Assembly (NCBI GenBank): GCA_973895155.1
Contig: OZ316897.1
Location: 21,737,455-21,801,454 of the forward strand
Direction: 5' to 3'
From: Marsupella aquatica
Taxonomy: Eukaryota > Plantae > Marchantiophyta
Length of the DNA: 64,000 bases
Part shown: positions 19,089-32,791 of the stretch, piece by piece
Layout of the letters: each line of letters starts with the position of its first letter
How positions within the stretch are numbered: the stretch's first letter is position 1
Made by a program: the position numbers and the translations under genes
The notes under the pieces: model-generated
The model's database searches: none
What the model was told of the DNA's origin: nothing
Seen by the model: the letters and a program-made list of their open reading frames with translations, nothing else

Positions 19089-21733
19089 ATGTCGCACACG
19101 ATCCTCTCCAATTTGGCCATTCGATTCTGGACGCAGTTCCTATCTACCGGGAGACACTGGGCCGACTCCTTGAAATATGCCAACCTGCGCCGATTTGAAA
19201 TCGAACGCGAGTACGAGAGAGCTATCCGCCTAGCCGGACGTCACCACTATATCCTTAACTTTGACTACCCGTCTCAGAGCGAGCTTTACCAACCAGCAGA
19301 GGTATCTGGGTACTTCTTCAACGGAGACAAATACAGCGGTTTCTGGGAGGCATTGCTGCGGCTTCCGGACGAGGTCTTCAATATCCCGGGTACGATCGAC
19401 CTACAACGACATCACTTCGACCACATCCCCGCTCAGGTTCGGGCTATCATCAACGGCGAGTCCAACACTACTCATTTGACAAGGACATCTGCACTCGCTT
19501 TGGAGAACTTCTACCAGCACCTACAGAGCTTCATGGAAACTCGGCCATCAACCAACATGACCAACTCAGTCGAACCCGTACCCGTACCCATACCCATGCA
19601 ACCTCAGGCTCAACCTCAGGCTCAGCTTCAGCTTCAGCCTCAGCCGCAACCTAGCCAAACCCCACCACCGATCGCCCAGCCAGCACAAGTACGCTCTGTC
19701 ATCAACACTGTGGATCTTAGCGATGACGAAGAGGCTACCCCACCCTTGACCAGGCGGCCCAGAGGAACAAGCGCTCAGGGGGCCGACACTATATCGTCCC
19801 CACCCCCTGCTCTGACCCCAGGAGCGGCCCCGGCAGATAACATGGTGACCGTGGCCGCCCCGGGCCCGTTACTAACGGCAGTGGCACTACCCAAGCCCGA
19901 TCGGGAGGATGGGGAAGTGTCACCTTCCCCGAGCCAGTCACGGGGGAAGAAGAGGAAGGAATCCGCCACTGCATCCGGGTTACCATTGGCCACAGTAGCC
20001 GTAGCCAAGGTGATGATGCACCGCATGGGGGAAAACGTGTCCTCCATCCCAAGCATGCGGTGTACCTAAAGACTCAGGGATTCGAGCACCTCGCCTCCCT
20101 CCCCTAGAACACTTGCAGATACTACGGGGAGGACATGACGGAGTTCGTCAGGAATTATGACGACGCGCATCAACATACTCGGCTGCGGGGAAGGAATATG
20201 TCCCTCACGGAAGAACATCTCAAGATGATCTTCGGATTACCCAAAGATGACCATCGAGTCGAATCACGGGCTCCCGGGGGCAAGGGAGCCAAGTACCAAT
20301 CCTCGAGTTTTCCCTCGGAAGGGGCAGTGGACAACGGGTTCGTGATGAGGACCTGCCTCATCCCCGAGATAGCTGAGCGACTGGAGTTCCAGAGGTACGC
20401 CCTCCACATGATGGAACCCCGGGGGGAGATCTCCGCCGCCCAGGTTATCCAGGTCGAGAACTATCGACCTAGGAAGTGGGCGTCGTACTTCGCTAAGAAA
20501 TTCCATGAAGAGATGGAGCGGCGAAGGAAGACGCTGTACATTGGTGGGAAGGTGTATTTCGCTAGCCACATCGAGATCATTCTTGAGTGATACGCTCGGT
20601 TTGATCGACGAACCCTTCCCCGTGTCAACGTTACAAAGCTGGTCCCAGCTAGGTGGGTTTTCCCGGCCTTGGAGAGACGGCCCCAACCCGAGGCCCGAAG
20701 TCCAGCGGACATGCCAGCTTCACCCACCCCACCTCCACAAGTAGCTGTAGTCGTAACCGAGGAGGTACCGGATGGGTCAGTTGTCGCAACCGTTGATGCG
20801 ACCCAACAAGCCGGGCTAAGTACAGAAGTCGATACGGCGGATGTCTTACCCGAGCCCGGGTCTCCCAAAGACCCACCGGTGGCTATTCCGGAGAACCGGA
20901 CATTGCTGCAGGAGGACACTCCAGCCCCTTCCAACATTACGTCCCCAGGGCTGGACGTCACTGCCCCGGCCCCCGCGCGTGTTGACGTCTGCCCGTGCCC
21001 AACTCCGAACAGGCACAACCTGGACCACCCGGAACTCTTCGTACCGGGTACATTTCTGAACGGGCTTCTGGGAGATTTCTCTCATCAAATTGCCCGGGAT
21101 ACCGGGGAGTTCATGGCCTGGAAGGTAGCCTGTTTCTTCAATCAGGAGTTAGTTGCCGCAGTAAAGGCAGGTCGGGCCCAGTCAGAGGCCCTTCAGAGGA
21201 TAGAGCGGTACCGGGTGGAGTCCGTGTACCTAAAGAACGAAGTTGCAACTCAAGAGGCTGAGCTTCTGCAACTACGACCCAAGGTTGCAGCCGCCAATGA
21301 GTTGTTAGCAAAGGCGCACGCTCTTACCGCCCTAGCCGAATAGGCCAAAGCTGGGAACGAGGCCGAGATTGCACGACTCCGGAACCAGATTGACAGTTTG
21401 AAGAATCAAACTGTCATCTGGCAGAAGGACCTGGAGGAGGCCGAGGAACAGGCCCAGCGGGACACGGCGGAGATAGCCACGCTACAGGCCGAGGTGGCGC
21501 GGCTCCAAACCAAGGCCGAGAAGCAGGACCAACTGGCGGGTAAACTGACGAGCGATGCCCAGCAGCTGGAGGAGGCATGTCAGGAGGCAGCAAAGGAGAC
21601 GGACGCGGTGAGGCGAGAGAATGAATCTCTGTTGGACCAGGTCTAGCTTCTCAAGGCGGACAATGACAGGCTTCGAAGGCAGCGGGATGGCCGCTCCCAT
21701 TCGGGCGGCTCTGGCAAACGTGCCAGGTATTAG
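19089..21733 (+). pseudogene. Disrupted accessory-type gene (N-terminal domain, Pro/Gln linker, LPW-type globular domain, long coiled coil)
   Basis: ORF 19089-20069 followed, after one frame change, by a single frame (20135, 20669 and 21398 pieces) broken by isolated TAG/TGA stops; YLKTQGFEHLASLP*N resembles LAKMGLKKLLQLPWK of the 13423 ORF. Confidence 0.7.
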
Positions 21734-24660
21734 CAGCGGAGTAGGAATAGATTAGGATTAGGACTAGCTTAGTCAGGCTCTTGGGACAGGCACCTGCCTT
21801 AAGTACAGTAGCGCTGCCATGCTGTCCAGCCTGCGTAGATTAGGATCTTCTAATAAGACACAGCCATTTTCCGGCCTGACTGTCAGCTTAGTTAGGACCT
21901 TGGTCAGCGAATCTTTGGCGAGAGGACACCCCGTCCCTCGGCCCTTAGTATTTAGTGCACCCCTCGGTAGAGGCAGGGGGGTTTTTAGTTTCAGAGTTGG
22001 ACGTCCGCGGTATGTGCGGGGAGTCCCGACCTCTGGGAATGAAAGAGTACCAGGGGGGTAGGACTAAGCTCGTCGGGCGAGTGCGGAGCCGGGCTCCGTT
22101 GTAGTGTGCACCCTCGGCCTTGAACCTGTTCATTCTGGGGCTGTCGGGTCAACTAAGTGTACGCATATGTTCCCTTTGTAGTAAAATCCTTTCCCATCAT
22201 TTTCCTTCGTGTAAATCGAGATTGTATGCATGTGCGCGTGTATGTGTGGGTTTCTCATATATGGGTGGCAGCGCCAGGCCGAACGCACTATCCGAGACGT
22301 GCACAGGGTGCAGCCTGCGGGTAAGTGGTTGCGAGCACTGGTTGAGGACCTGTATCATCGAATCTGGATCGAAGGCGGACAGCACAAAGACTTAGAAGCC
22401 CTTAAAGCCGGGGTCGATCCTGCTATCGACTAAGGTACGTTTCGGCGGCGGAACACAAACCATACCTAGGAGGTGTCCGTATTTAGCAGTATGCGCACTT
22501 AGCGCTAGTTCACGAGAATAAGGTGCATTACGTGCTTTTCTTCCTGCCCGAACCCTCAGATTTACGAGGGATGTGCCCGTCTAAGCTGAAGTCTGAGTTA
22601 AGGCCAAAGCCGACGACGTGACAAGGGGTAACAATCTGATACTTGGATCATGGTGGGTGCGCAATACTGGCCTCATAATATGATGGGTCAACTTCAATTT
22701 TTCAACAATGTTATATACATTGAAGAATGTGTAATTGTCTTCAATTTTGAGAATATTTATTGCAACACTTGCGAATGAAGACTTGGTGTGTCCTCCAATG
22801 CACGAAGATAGCGATGAGAAACCTCTATATCAGTGATGCTTTGGGTATTCTCATTCAAGTTGGGAAGCCGACGATATATTATCTTCAATGTTTTATCGCA
22901 CTGTCTCACAAAGGTGGTCAATTGCATGATTTTGTCAACACTCTTGATGGAGAATTTTAATTCAAGAACATGAAAAATTTAACCACTATATCAGCAAAGG
23001 CAAGAAAATCAATGATGAGACGAATGCCCGATGTAGCCCATGCCAATATGATAGGAATAACTGACATAGTGGAAAAAATTGGAGTATAAAAAGTAATGGC
23101 AAGAGTAACAGCATGGATTGGCACAATGACATTCTATAATGTCAATTGTGAAATAGTCATAATTATATTAGCATACGTAAAGTTAAGCAATTGTATAACG
23201 ACAAGCAATCGTTGAGAGTTTGCTCATACACATCCAAAGCCTCATAGTCCACAAACCTGGCTTGCTGCTCAAATAGAAATATATTTATGAAATTATTATC
23301 GTTTTTCAATTTTAATTTGTAAATGATAGTATAAAAAGTGGTTTAAACTCATGTAATATAGTGTCTTACCGCCCGTTGAAGCACTCAATGCAATCAGAGA
23401 AGTGGTTGGTATCCATGTTGTATGTTGATGAAATAGGAATAACCATTGCAAAAGTTAGAGTGAAGGGCAAAAGAATAATATCAAATTTTGGGGTAGTGGT
23501 GGAACGACTAGAAAATGTAATATAAGGGTTGCGTGATGTGAGTGTTGTTATTTATTCATGTCGTTAAAATGATCAAGACTCAAATAAAAATGACACCAAT
23601 GATAATTGACCACTCTGTAAGCGGTACCTAGATGTTGGTAGTGATGATCTGTTGTCACTCAATTTTTTGCTAACATATAATGTGTTGTAGTATTTGATGT
23701 ATCAAAATATGTAAAATATATAAACATGGAGAAAAAATTATTCAAAAATCCAACACATATACGTAGCTTCGCCTTGGCGATGTTGGTGTGACCTATTGTT
23801 CGACATTCGTTTTTTGTATGAATTGTTGTCTAGAGGCTATTATGAGGATTTGAGTGTCTATTGTCCGGTCTGTGGAATCTCGGATCGTAATGTTGATGAT
23901 TCTCGTCTAGCCAATGATGTTCACAATGCTTTAGAACCTGGATTGATATTTCTTCTAGTTTGAGATTTTTTGCTTTTGCTTTTGTATTTTTTTCTGTTAT
24001 TTTATTTTTTATTGTATTTTTTCCTTGGTGTCTTGCAACCCTAATGAAGTCTTCTTGTTTGTGTGACTACAAGCAATCAATTTTATCCCCTCTTTCTTTC
24101 TTCGTTCATCCCTTATCCACTCTCATTCTCGATGTCATGATAATTTAATTATTCATGATGAAATCATTATCAATAAGTATATAGATTAGGTTTATATTTT
24201 GTTATGAGATAACTAAATAGTTTGATTGTTAACTATATGCATGTATGATAAATCACTATGCAAGTCATAAGATGCATGCACAAATTATTTAAATAGTTGT
24301 TTCATATGCATGCAAGGTGAGCAAATATACAATCCACAATATGCAATCCACAAGATGCAATCACAATTTGTTCATTTTATTTGCATGTATTAGTTGTTTT
24401 ATGTGCATACAAGGTGAGCAAATATGCAAGCCACAGGGTGCATGTCTGCACAAATTATTTTAGATACATGCATTAGTTATTTTATACGCATACAAGGTGA
24501 GTAAATATGTAAATCAAAATTATTTTAGGTGCATGCATTACTTATTTTACTTGCATGCAATATTTGTTTTGATTGCAATAGTACTAGCACACATTCTTAC
24601 GTTGGATGTGTGTCACTTGACTTTCATCCAAACATTTATACGTAATCCATGCCTCTTGGA

Positions 24661-25400
24661 TTCAGTATGAATAAAATGGTGATGAACACTCTCTCTTCAT
24701 TCTTATGTTTTGATAATTCTCGTGTCAAAGCGATTTTTTATTTTTTTTTGCCTTATGTACATATTAGTGAGACATCTTTTGACCCGGATAGCAAAAAATG
24801 AGTGGTAGAATTGTAGATGAGACCTTGAGAACAAGATCTATTTGGAAACTTAGAGATGGGGCACCCTTTGGCCCGGATAACAAAAGAATAAGAGAGCCAA
24901 AGAACAAGAGATGTCCCTAATTTTCTCATTCGTATTTCATTTTTGATTAGAGTCCATCTTTTAGACAAGTCATCCATGAGACAACATTTAACCTATCATT
25001 TTAAAGCTCAATTTGCAACTGCTATTTATGGATTCTAATAAGCCAATAATATACCCAGTAGTGTCTTACCAAGAGAAATGACAGTGCATTATCTTTGTTC
25101 TCTATTAAAGTCATAAATCTAAATAGGAGTTCATATGACATTCTTATTTCATTTTCTTTTGGGGATATTAGGATCATATGTCATAGAAAAATTAATTTCC
25201 GAGAGGTATTGGTCTGCAAGTATGGTGAAGTAGAAATTAATAGTATATTAGTTTTACCTGAACCTTTCTTAATATCCACTATCCTTCTTACTAGAGTTAT
25301 CATTTTGATTTTAGTGTAAAACTTATGGACATGCAAGGTTGACTTCATAAGAGCCAATATGGTCTTACGAGAAAACACGGTCATCCAGACACCGGTTGTC
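24661..25400 (+). repeat. Dispersed repeat, copy B (inverted homolog of 640-1322)
   Basis: Nucleotide and translated similarity to copy A. Confidence 0.75.
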
Positions 25401-25691
25401 ATATCAGCTGAATTACAATGATTTTATAGATTATTTTGTGAAGCCCTTCTCTGTGACCTATTTTTCCTGCTCCACACCCTCCTTGTGTCCCACCCTTGTC
25501 CCCCTTGTTTCTCCAAAGCTTCTTTGTCGTCCCACCATCCGATCATATTGTCATCCCTTCCAGCCCCTCATTCCCTTCCTTTATTATCCCTATTCTCGAC
25601 CCCTATGCTGACCCTCATTGCACCACCCTCATTTTCAGAGGTAGGTCTTCCGGTTGACCTCTCAATTGCCCTCTTGTTCCTCTTATGGCCC

Positions 25692-27320
25692 AGTGGTGGC
25701 CCTCCCACCACGTGCCCGTCCAAACTTGTTTCTCAGCCTTGAAACAAGTCAAACCTTGCACTAACACGGAATGTTGGGGCAAGTTCTCCCCGACTATACT
25801 CCTTGTCGTTAGCGACCCCTCCCATACGAAGCCGCACTTGCCCTCGTCAGCACAACCGTCGCTCAACGGTCTTTGCTATCTACACAAGCAACCAACCAAC
25901 CGGTAAGAACTTGTCTTGATCTCGGAACTCCCAAGACCATTGTTTTGCCTCAAGCTCAATAGTCGTTAGTAAGTAGGTCAGCGGACAGAGCCTCCCAGGC
26001 CCGCATGGCCTTGCCATAAGCTGAAACTAAGGTCGACATCACTGTTCGTCCAGAACAGTCTATCTACCGGATGTCGCCCAAGCTTCCCCACTTTCTACCC
26101 GTCAATGGCTGACCGCCCTGCCTCCAGGACATGCCCATGGCCCAAACTCAGTTTGTCACAAACTAGTAGTAACACGCCGGGACCATTCAGTTTCCAGATC
26201 TTAGCCACCTCTCTGCGAAACCGGGTTCCGCTCAACCTCTCACCATGCATCGGGACCAGATCTCGATGGCAGCCCCCAGAGTCTACTTGGTTCTACCTCT
26301 CCAACATCAGGTCCCCGTGGGAACCAAATACGGTTTGGTCACTGTTCGACTTCGGATCGGCAAGAGGGACTGCCCCCCATTGCAAGCCTCAAAACCAAAA
26401 TCATCCAATGCACAATCAGAGAGCACCATGAGGTAGCTTTCTTCATTAGCTTTCCAACAAGCCCAAGAACTCCCCCAACGGAGATCCGGTCGTCGAGTTA
26501 TATTTGTTTCCGCTTCAAAACTTGAAACGACGTATCTTCGTTGATCGCGATCAGCTCGAGCTCAAACTTGAGAGGACCACTCCCCTCATATATGCTTCTG
26601 GGGACCTGCCACCCCCGGATCAGCTTTGGTCCCCTATCTTTGGCCCCCTATCCGAGGGTCCATGGGCCCCGCCACTTAGCTCGAAACGAAGATAATTGAA
26701 AACCTTCTGTAACTTGGCCTCGAGCGCAAATTGTGACATAAGGGGCTAAAAGTTATGGCCCTAACCCCGCTCTGGTCCAGGCAACCCCCCCTGGTCCAGG
26801 CAACCCCCTCTTGGTCCATCGATGCGCGGCGACTCTAATCGAGTCTAAATCGGCCATAACTTTTGGCCCCTAGGTCCGTTGGCCAAAAAATATGCGGCCC
26901 CATGATCGGGCTCATGTGGGCTTCTCAGGCCCCTATGGTGATCCGTTAGAAAAATAGTTCATTTTTCCGTGATCGGCAACGGGCCCAAACTACAAGTATG
27001 CGGCTTGAGTCGGCCATAACTTTTGGCCCCTGGGTCCGTTGGCCGAGAAATATGCGGCCCCATGATCGGGCTCATGTGGGGCTTTTCGGGCCCCTATGGT
27101 GATCCGTCAGAAAAATAGTTCATATTTCCATGATCGGCAATGGGCCCAATAAAGTTAATTGGAGCGCGCTTTTCTCAAGTCTTGTCCTTACTCTTACTAG
27201 CCTCCTCTTTCTTAGTCGCATCCCTAATGGCCATGATGGTAGAAAATCTAAGAGGGGCTCAACGTTGGAGTTAGTCAACGTCGGAGTAATTACGAGTAGG
27301 TGAAAGTTGTATTCGCGACT
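25692..27320 (-). repeat. 3' LTR (1629 bp), containing an internal ~160-bp tandem duplication
   Basis: Direct repeat of 32792-34275; cggccataacttttggcccc unit at 26851 and 27011; PPT-like TTCAAAAGGGGGGGTGCA adjacent at 27321-27338 (minus). Confidence 0.93.
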
Positions 27321-27782
27321 TGCACCCCCCCTTTTGAATGGTTGACGTCCACGTCAACCGAATGGGTACCATACCACACGCCTAGACCAATTGGCATCTA
27401 GAAGGTGATGGAAGGTAACAAGTGGTCCGTCCTATAAGGTAGACACGGACCTAGTTGAAGTGCGCATCTCAAGTCTTAGAGAAATTCAACTTATCTAACA
27501 AACGAGTTAGATGTCAATATGCTTGGGCAAGCCGACTCCTTGTCCAACAAACCCATCAATCTTCCCCAGAGATAACTCCCACAGGTTTGATCGAACTTGC
27601 TTACAATGTAATGCAAGTACCAAATAGCTTAAACGTAAGGATAGCAAAATGGTTGCCCAACAACCACTAATTCGTGCAGGTTTGAGAACACTCTCAAGAG
27701 GCTAAGTGTGGTGAAACCAGGATACAACTTGCTTAGGTAATTGCAATCACCCTACTTCAATAAGGGGGGCAAGCCGCTCCGC

Positions 27783-30700
27783 TTACGATAGCTTGCAAGG
27801 ATCAAGAATAGTCTCCACGACGGACTCCTCCACATCATCAACAAGCAAGGCATCGGGCCGGAGGACTTGTTGCCAATTTGGGTCCAAATCCTTTACAAAT
27901 TTCTTGAGTCGGCTCACATGGTAACTTTTTCCCGTTCCTCTTGAACCGGGCATGTCCAAAACTACAGAGACTGGATTATCCTTGTGGGCCCATCGCAAGA
28001 TGCGATAGGGTCCTGCGTACCGGGGTGCTAACTTCCGACTTATCTTATCGTTGTATTGTTCGGGTCTCAATTGCAACCAGACGCTCTCCCCAATTTCAAA
28101 GCTCACCTGGCGTCGATGCTTGTCCCCTTGCTCCTTGTATCAACTTTGGGCAAGGGTCATCCCCTTGGTGGCTGCTTCCACCACTAGACGCCGCTCTCGA
28201 ATGAATTTGTCTGCTGCAGGAACCTTGCTTTCCGTTCGCCAAGTATCAGGATTTATGAACCAGGCCGAAGCTCTAGGTTTCCGGCCTGTGGCCAAAAAGA
28301 ACGGTGAAAATCCTGTCACCGTATGCGTGGTCGAGTTATACCAAAACTCGGCCATAGTTAAGTGCGTTGACCAATCTTTTTGGTCAACACTCACAAAATG
28401 ACGTAAATACTCCTCAAGGACCAAATTCAGGCGTTCAATCTGCCCATCGGTTTCATGATGGTAAGCGGACCCTCTGGTAAGGGCTGTGCTTGATAACCGA
28501 AATAAAGTTTTCCAGAAATGACCCGTGAATTTGGAGTCACGATTAGACAAGATGTGCAAATGCAATCCCCAAAGTCTGAAGACGTGATTAAACACCAGAT
28601 GCTACTTCCCGTGCCGAAACTGTCTTGCGCGTAGGAAGAAAAAATGTCATCTTAGAAAAACGATTGACGATTGTTAAGATGGCATCATAGCTATGGGATG
28701 ATGGAAGACCTTGGATAAAATCCATGGAGATGGACTCCCAAGGTTCGGAAGCCACGGGTAAGGGTTGCAAGAGTCCTCCTTTTGCCTTGTAAACCGTTTG
28801 GTTTTTCTGGCATGAGTAACAACTTTGCACATGTTGGAGTACTGAATTTTTCATGTCTGGCCAATACACGTCGCGGGACATACTTGAATAAGTAGAACGT
28901 TGTCCCCCATGCCCACCCCAAGGCGAGTCATGGTACTTTCTCAGAACCTCTAATCTAAGTGACTCAGGAATGTAGACGCGACTTTGTTTGTATCGCCATA
29001 AATTGACATTATATTTCTTGTCCAACACCCAAGACACGTGCCGTATCTTTCCTTGGACACCCCCCTTTTGTTGCCAGTCTTGCGCAAGTCGGTCGTCCGC
29101 ATATTGGGCAGCCAAGAGCATGGGCCATTCGGTTTCCAGCATTAAAATGCCATTGGCACGATGATGCTCTTGCCTGGAAAGTGCATCAGCAGCCTTATTA
29201 ATATTCCCTGGGACATGTTGTACTTTGAAGTCAAAGTCTGCAAGGAACATTTGCCAGCGCATTTCTTTGGGACTCAATCGAGGCTTAGAATTGAAGTACC
29301 CTGCTGGCAAGCTATTTGAATGGACCACAAACTTAGGGCCGTTACGTAGATAGAACTCCCACTTTTTGATTGCATGGATGACGGCATACAATTCACGTTC
29401 TGGGGTGATCAAATGATTCTCTAGCTTACAAGACTCAAAAGCTACTGGGCGCCCGTCTTGATGAAGGCAAGCGCCAATAGCAAAATCAGAGGCATCGGTC
29501 CATATCTCAAATGGTTTTCCAACTTCCGGTAATTTGAGAACCGGAGGAGTCACCATCCGGCGCTTAAGTTCAAGAAATGCTATTTCGCAATCTTGGGTCC
29601 AAACAAACACTTTATTTTTTCATTGTTAACATTGTTAACGGTCTAGAAAGGCGTGCAAAGCCTTGGATGTAACGTCGATAAAAACCCACAAATCCCAAAA
29701 AGGACCTGACCTATTTGGCACTTGCGGGTCTTTCCCAATCACAGATATCAACGAGTTTGTCATGGCTTGGTTTGATGCCATCCTCGGTAAAGGTGTGCCC
29801 TAAAAATTGGATTTCATTCATGGCAAACTCACATTTGCTGGGTTTAGCAAAGAGATGAGCTTTGCGCAAGCGCCGAAGCACTTCCTTTAGTAATTGCTCA
29901 TGCTCCTCCACGGTTTTTGAATAAATCAAGATGTCGTCAATGAAGACAACCACTCCTTGATCCAACAAATCATGAAAAATTGTGTTCATCATTTTCATGA
30001 ACGTGGCTGTGGCATTGCATAATCCAAATGGCATTACCAAATACTCAAAGGATCCAAACCTGGTACGCATGGCGGTTTTATATTCATCGCCTTTTGCCAT
30101 ACGAATCTGATAATAACCGGATCGTAAGTCTACCTTAGAAAACTTCCTAGCACCTGAGAGCGAGTCAAATAAATCATCCATATGAGGTAGCGGATAGCGA
30201 TTCTTCACCGTTTGTTTGTTGAGGGCTCAATAATCAGCACAAAGTCGTAAGGTCCCGTCTTTCTTGGCCACAAATAGCGCGGGTGCACCATAAGGACTCT
30301 TACTAGGCCTGATAAACCCTTGATTAATCAATTCCTCCAATGCTTCCTTGAGCATTCCACGTTCGTTCAAGTTCAAACGGTAAGGGGCCTTCGCTTGAGG
30401 AGCCGAACCCGGTTCCAGCTCAACTTGGTGATCAACTTCTCTCCGTGGAGGTAATCCCTTAGGTAACTTTTGCGACAAGACATCACTGAATTCCTCCAAA
30501 ATTTCAGGAATTCGTCCGCAATCGGGGCCAATCGTTGCTGTCTTAGACTTATTCATAGAGCTCTTAGTTTGATGGAGATGAAAAAAGAAACATTCATGTC
30601 CACCCTTGAAGTCCTTCCACCATTGCTTGGCCAAAATACAAGGGGTCAACCATGACACTGTACTTACTTGGAGAAACTTTTCTTTATTCTCAGAAATTTC

Positions 30701-32683
30701 ATGTACAATGATGGGATTACCTCCCGTACTCGGGAAAATCAGCAATTCCTTGCTAGGTTGAAGAGTAATATTATGCTTACGGAGGTAGCCTATAGACAAT
30801 ATAAAGTCTACCTCCAAGCCATCTAAAACAAAGAACCTTTCCTGGCTTATAAAATTCCTATCTTCGCCAACAACTTCTACTTTGAGATGTCTGACTACTT
30901 TTGAAACTAATCCTTGGGTGTCATTGGCAAACTTACACACCAAGGGATCTAAAAACTCGTGCACTATTGCTCCGTTGCGTTCGACTTCCGCCTTGCTTAT
31001 GAAGTTGGCAGTCGCACCTGAATCAATCAAAGCAACACCCCGACAATTGTTAGCTAATGTTTCAATTATGATAAGTTTGGCAGGATCGTCTACCTTTGCA
31101 TCAATAATCTTCTCTAGCAACACTTTGTCTATATCAGTGATGGAATTACCATCAGGAGCTCTAGCATCTAACAGAGGATTCATTAGAGCGATACTCACCT
31201 TAATGCTTTTAGCCCCCGCATCCAAATTAGGTTTGGCGCCCTTGCGTGGACATTCCTTACTTAGATGACCAGGCTCGCCACATTCGAAGCAAAGCCCTTC
31301 CAACTTGCGCCTTTCCTTGATTGCTTCATGTTTTGCTTTTTCAGATGATGATTGACCTGGCCTGGGCAAAAACTTCCGTCCACGTTTGGGGTGGACGGAA
31401 GGTCCATGAGAGTTTGCACCTGAACTCGGTCGCTCTGGTTGCTTACGCTTAGCACCAAAAACTTTGAGTTTCTTACTCTCCGCCAGCTCGGATTGCTCTT
31501 TGCCACCAACCTTAGCCAAACCAGGACGATTGTTCACCAACGTCGTGGCTCGGTCAAAGGCATTAGTGAGTTGTTTAAACTCATGCTGCCTATCTTGCAA
31601 TTTCTCGCGGAGCAACGGTGGAAGCTTGACAATGAAATTATGCAATTGCGTTGAAAGGGTTTCATCCCCTTCCGGAATACACGCCAATTGCATCTGATAG
31701 TAGGCGATATACTTTTGTATATCGCCTCTATAAGTCATTTCAGAGACACACTTCTTTGCATGTCGCTCCGGATACTTGGTGGTGACATTGAGCCGGAGAC
31801 CTTCAACCATGTCTTTCCAAACAAGCGGTTGACCACTAGCCTCGAGGGTCTTTGCCCAAGACTTGTACCAAGTTAAGGCATACTCTCGCAGATACGGGGC
31901 GGCAGCAGAGGCCCAAGTGGATGGGGCAGCACATGCTTGGAGATGGATCTCCATAGTAGTGAGCCATTGCCGAAACTTTTGTCCACTTTGTTCATAGGCT
32001 CTATCATAAGTTGGGGGTGTGGGCAACTGATTGACTTGCACCATACCCCGTCTATTAGGCCAGTCACCCTCGTCGCTTTTGGCAAGTTCTTTGCCCAAGT
32101 TTAAAATGTAAATTAACTGGGCATTTTTGTCAACATCAAGCGTCAAATAAATTTGGCGCTGCTCGGCGGTTAGCTGGTCCAAGAAGGTCACGGGCCTACT
32201 TGGTAACATGGTTGTGCCTGATGAATGTCTCTCCTTTGGTCTCCTTTCTCGTGTCCCCGGTTCCTCCTCTAAAAAGGCTTCCTTGACTGGTGGGGGCTCA
32301 GAATCACCCGCAATGTCCTCACCATCAAGCCCCAGATTGTCCATAATCAAATCATCATCCTGCTCATCATCTGAAAAGTCAAGCTCGTGAGCGGCAGGGC
32401 TAACTTCCTCTTTTTCAAAGTAGTCAGCCCGTGGATCGCCAAGGCTTGCGACGCTAGCGGGGGTCGTATCAATTGCCTTACTCTTATGTCGCTGTCCAGA
32501 GATTTCCGACAAAGTAAGAGGGTCAGAATGAAGCCCCCCTACTGACGTCCCACTCATTGGAGTGAATGGAGGGGCCTGAGCCACTTCAGCCATTGATTTT
32601 GGCTTGATACGTCGCTTTCGCCCTTCCCCCTTGGCCATCCCAAGATCGATTGCAAATGCTTTCAGTCGCACCACCAAGCCCAA
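27783..32683 (-). pseudogene. gag-pol of the second gypsy element, with stops and frameshifts
   Basis: Knuckle CFECGEPGHLSKEC; PR LIDSGAT; RT CADY*ALN (TGA where Arg is expected), DLRSGYYQ, FIDD; RH TDASDFAIG; INT H..H..C..C, SMDF, GPY. Confidence 0.92.
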
Positions 32684-32777
32684 GCCGTTAAGATAAGGCC
32701 CCGCAAAAAAAAATGCTTATTTTCTTTTGGATTCTAACTTAACTTGACGTTTGGCCCCGGCGTCTATGAAAGCGTAT

Positions 32778-32789
32778 GCTCTGATACCA
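32778..32789 (-). other. Primer-binding site, initiator tRNA-Met
   Basis: TGGTATCAGAGC on the minus strand, 2 nt inside the 5' LTR end. Confidence 0.9.
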
Positions 32790-32791
32790 CA

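Larger units (their letters stand above)
18622..22623 (+). mobile_element. 4002-bp insertion with TG..CA imperfect inverted ends; probable solo LTR carrying a gene
   Basis: Ends TGTGACGTCGCCGG and CCGACGACGTGACA (12/14 inverted match); TSD AGGGG (18617-18621, 22624-22628); GC-rich relative to flanks; no internal direct terminal repeats, RT or transposase seen. Confidence 0.8.

Noticed and set aside
20025-20036. GGGGGAAAAC as a programmed -1 frameshift in the 4-kb element ORF
   Set aside because: It does not fit X XXY YYZ in the upstream frame, and the downstream frame has several nonsense mutations, so a decay indel is more likely.
27700-27850. Chromodomain at the end of the second gypsy integrase
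   Set aside because: Only VVETILD resembles a chromodomain start; the following YLVKW/TWE motifs were not recoverable in the frames I read.
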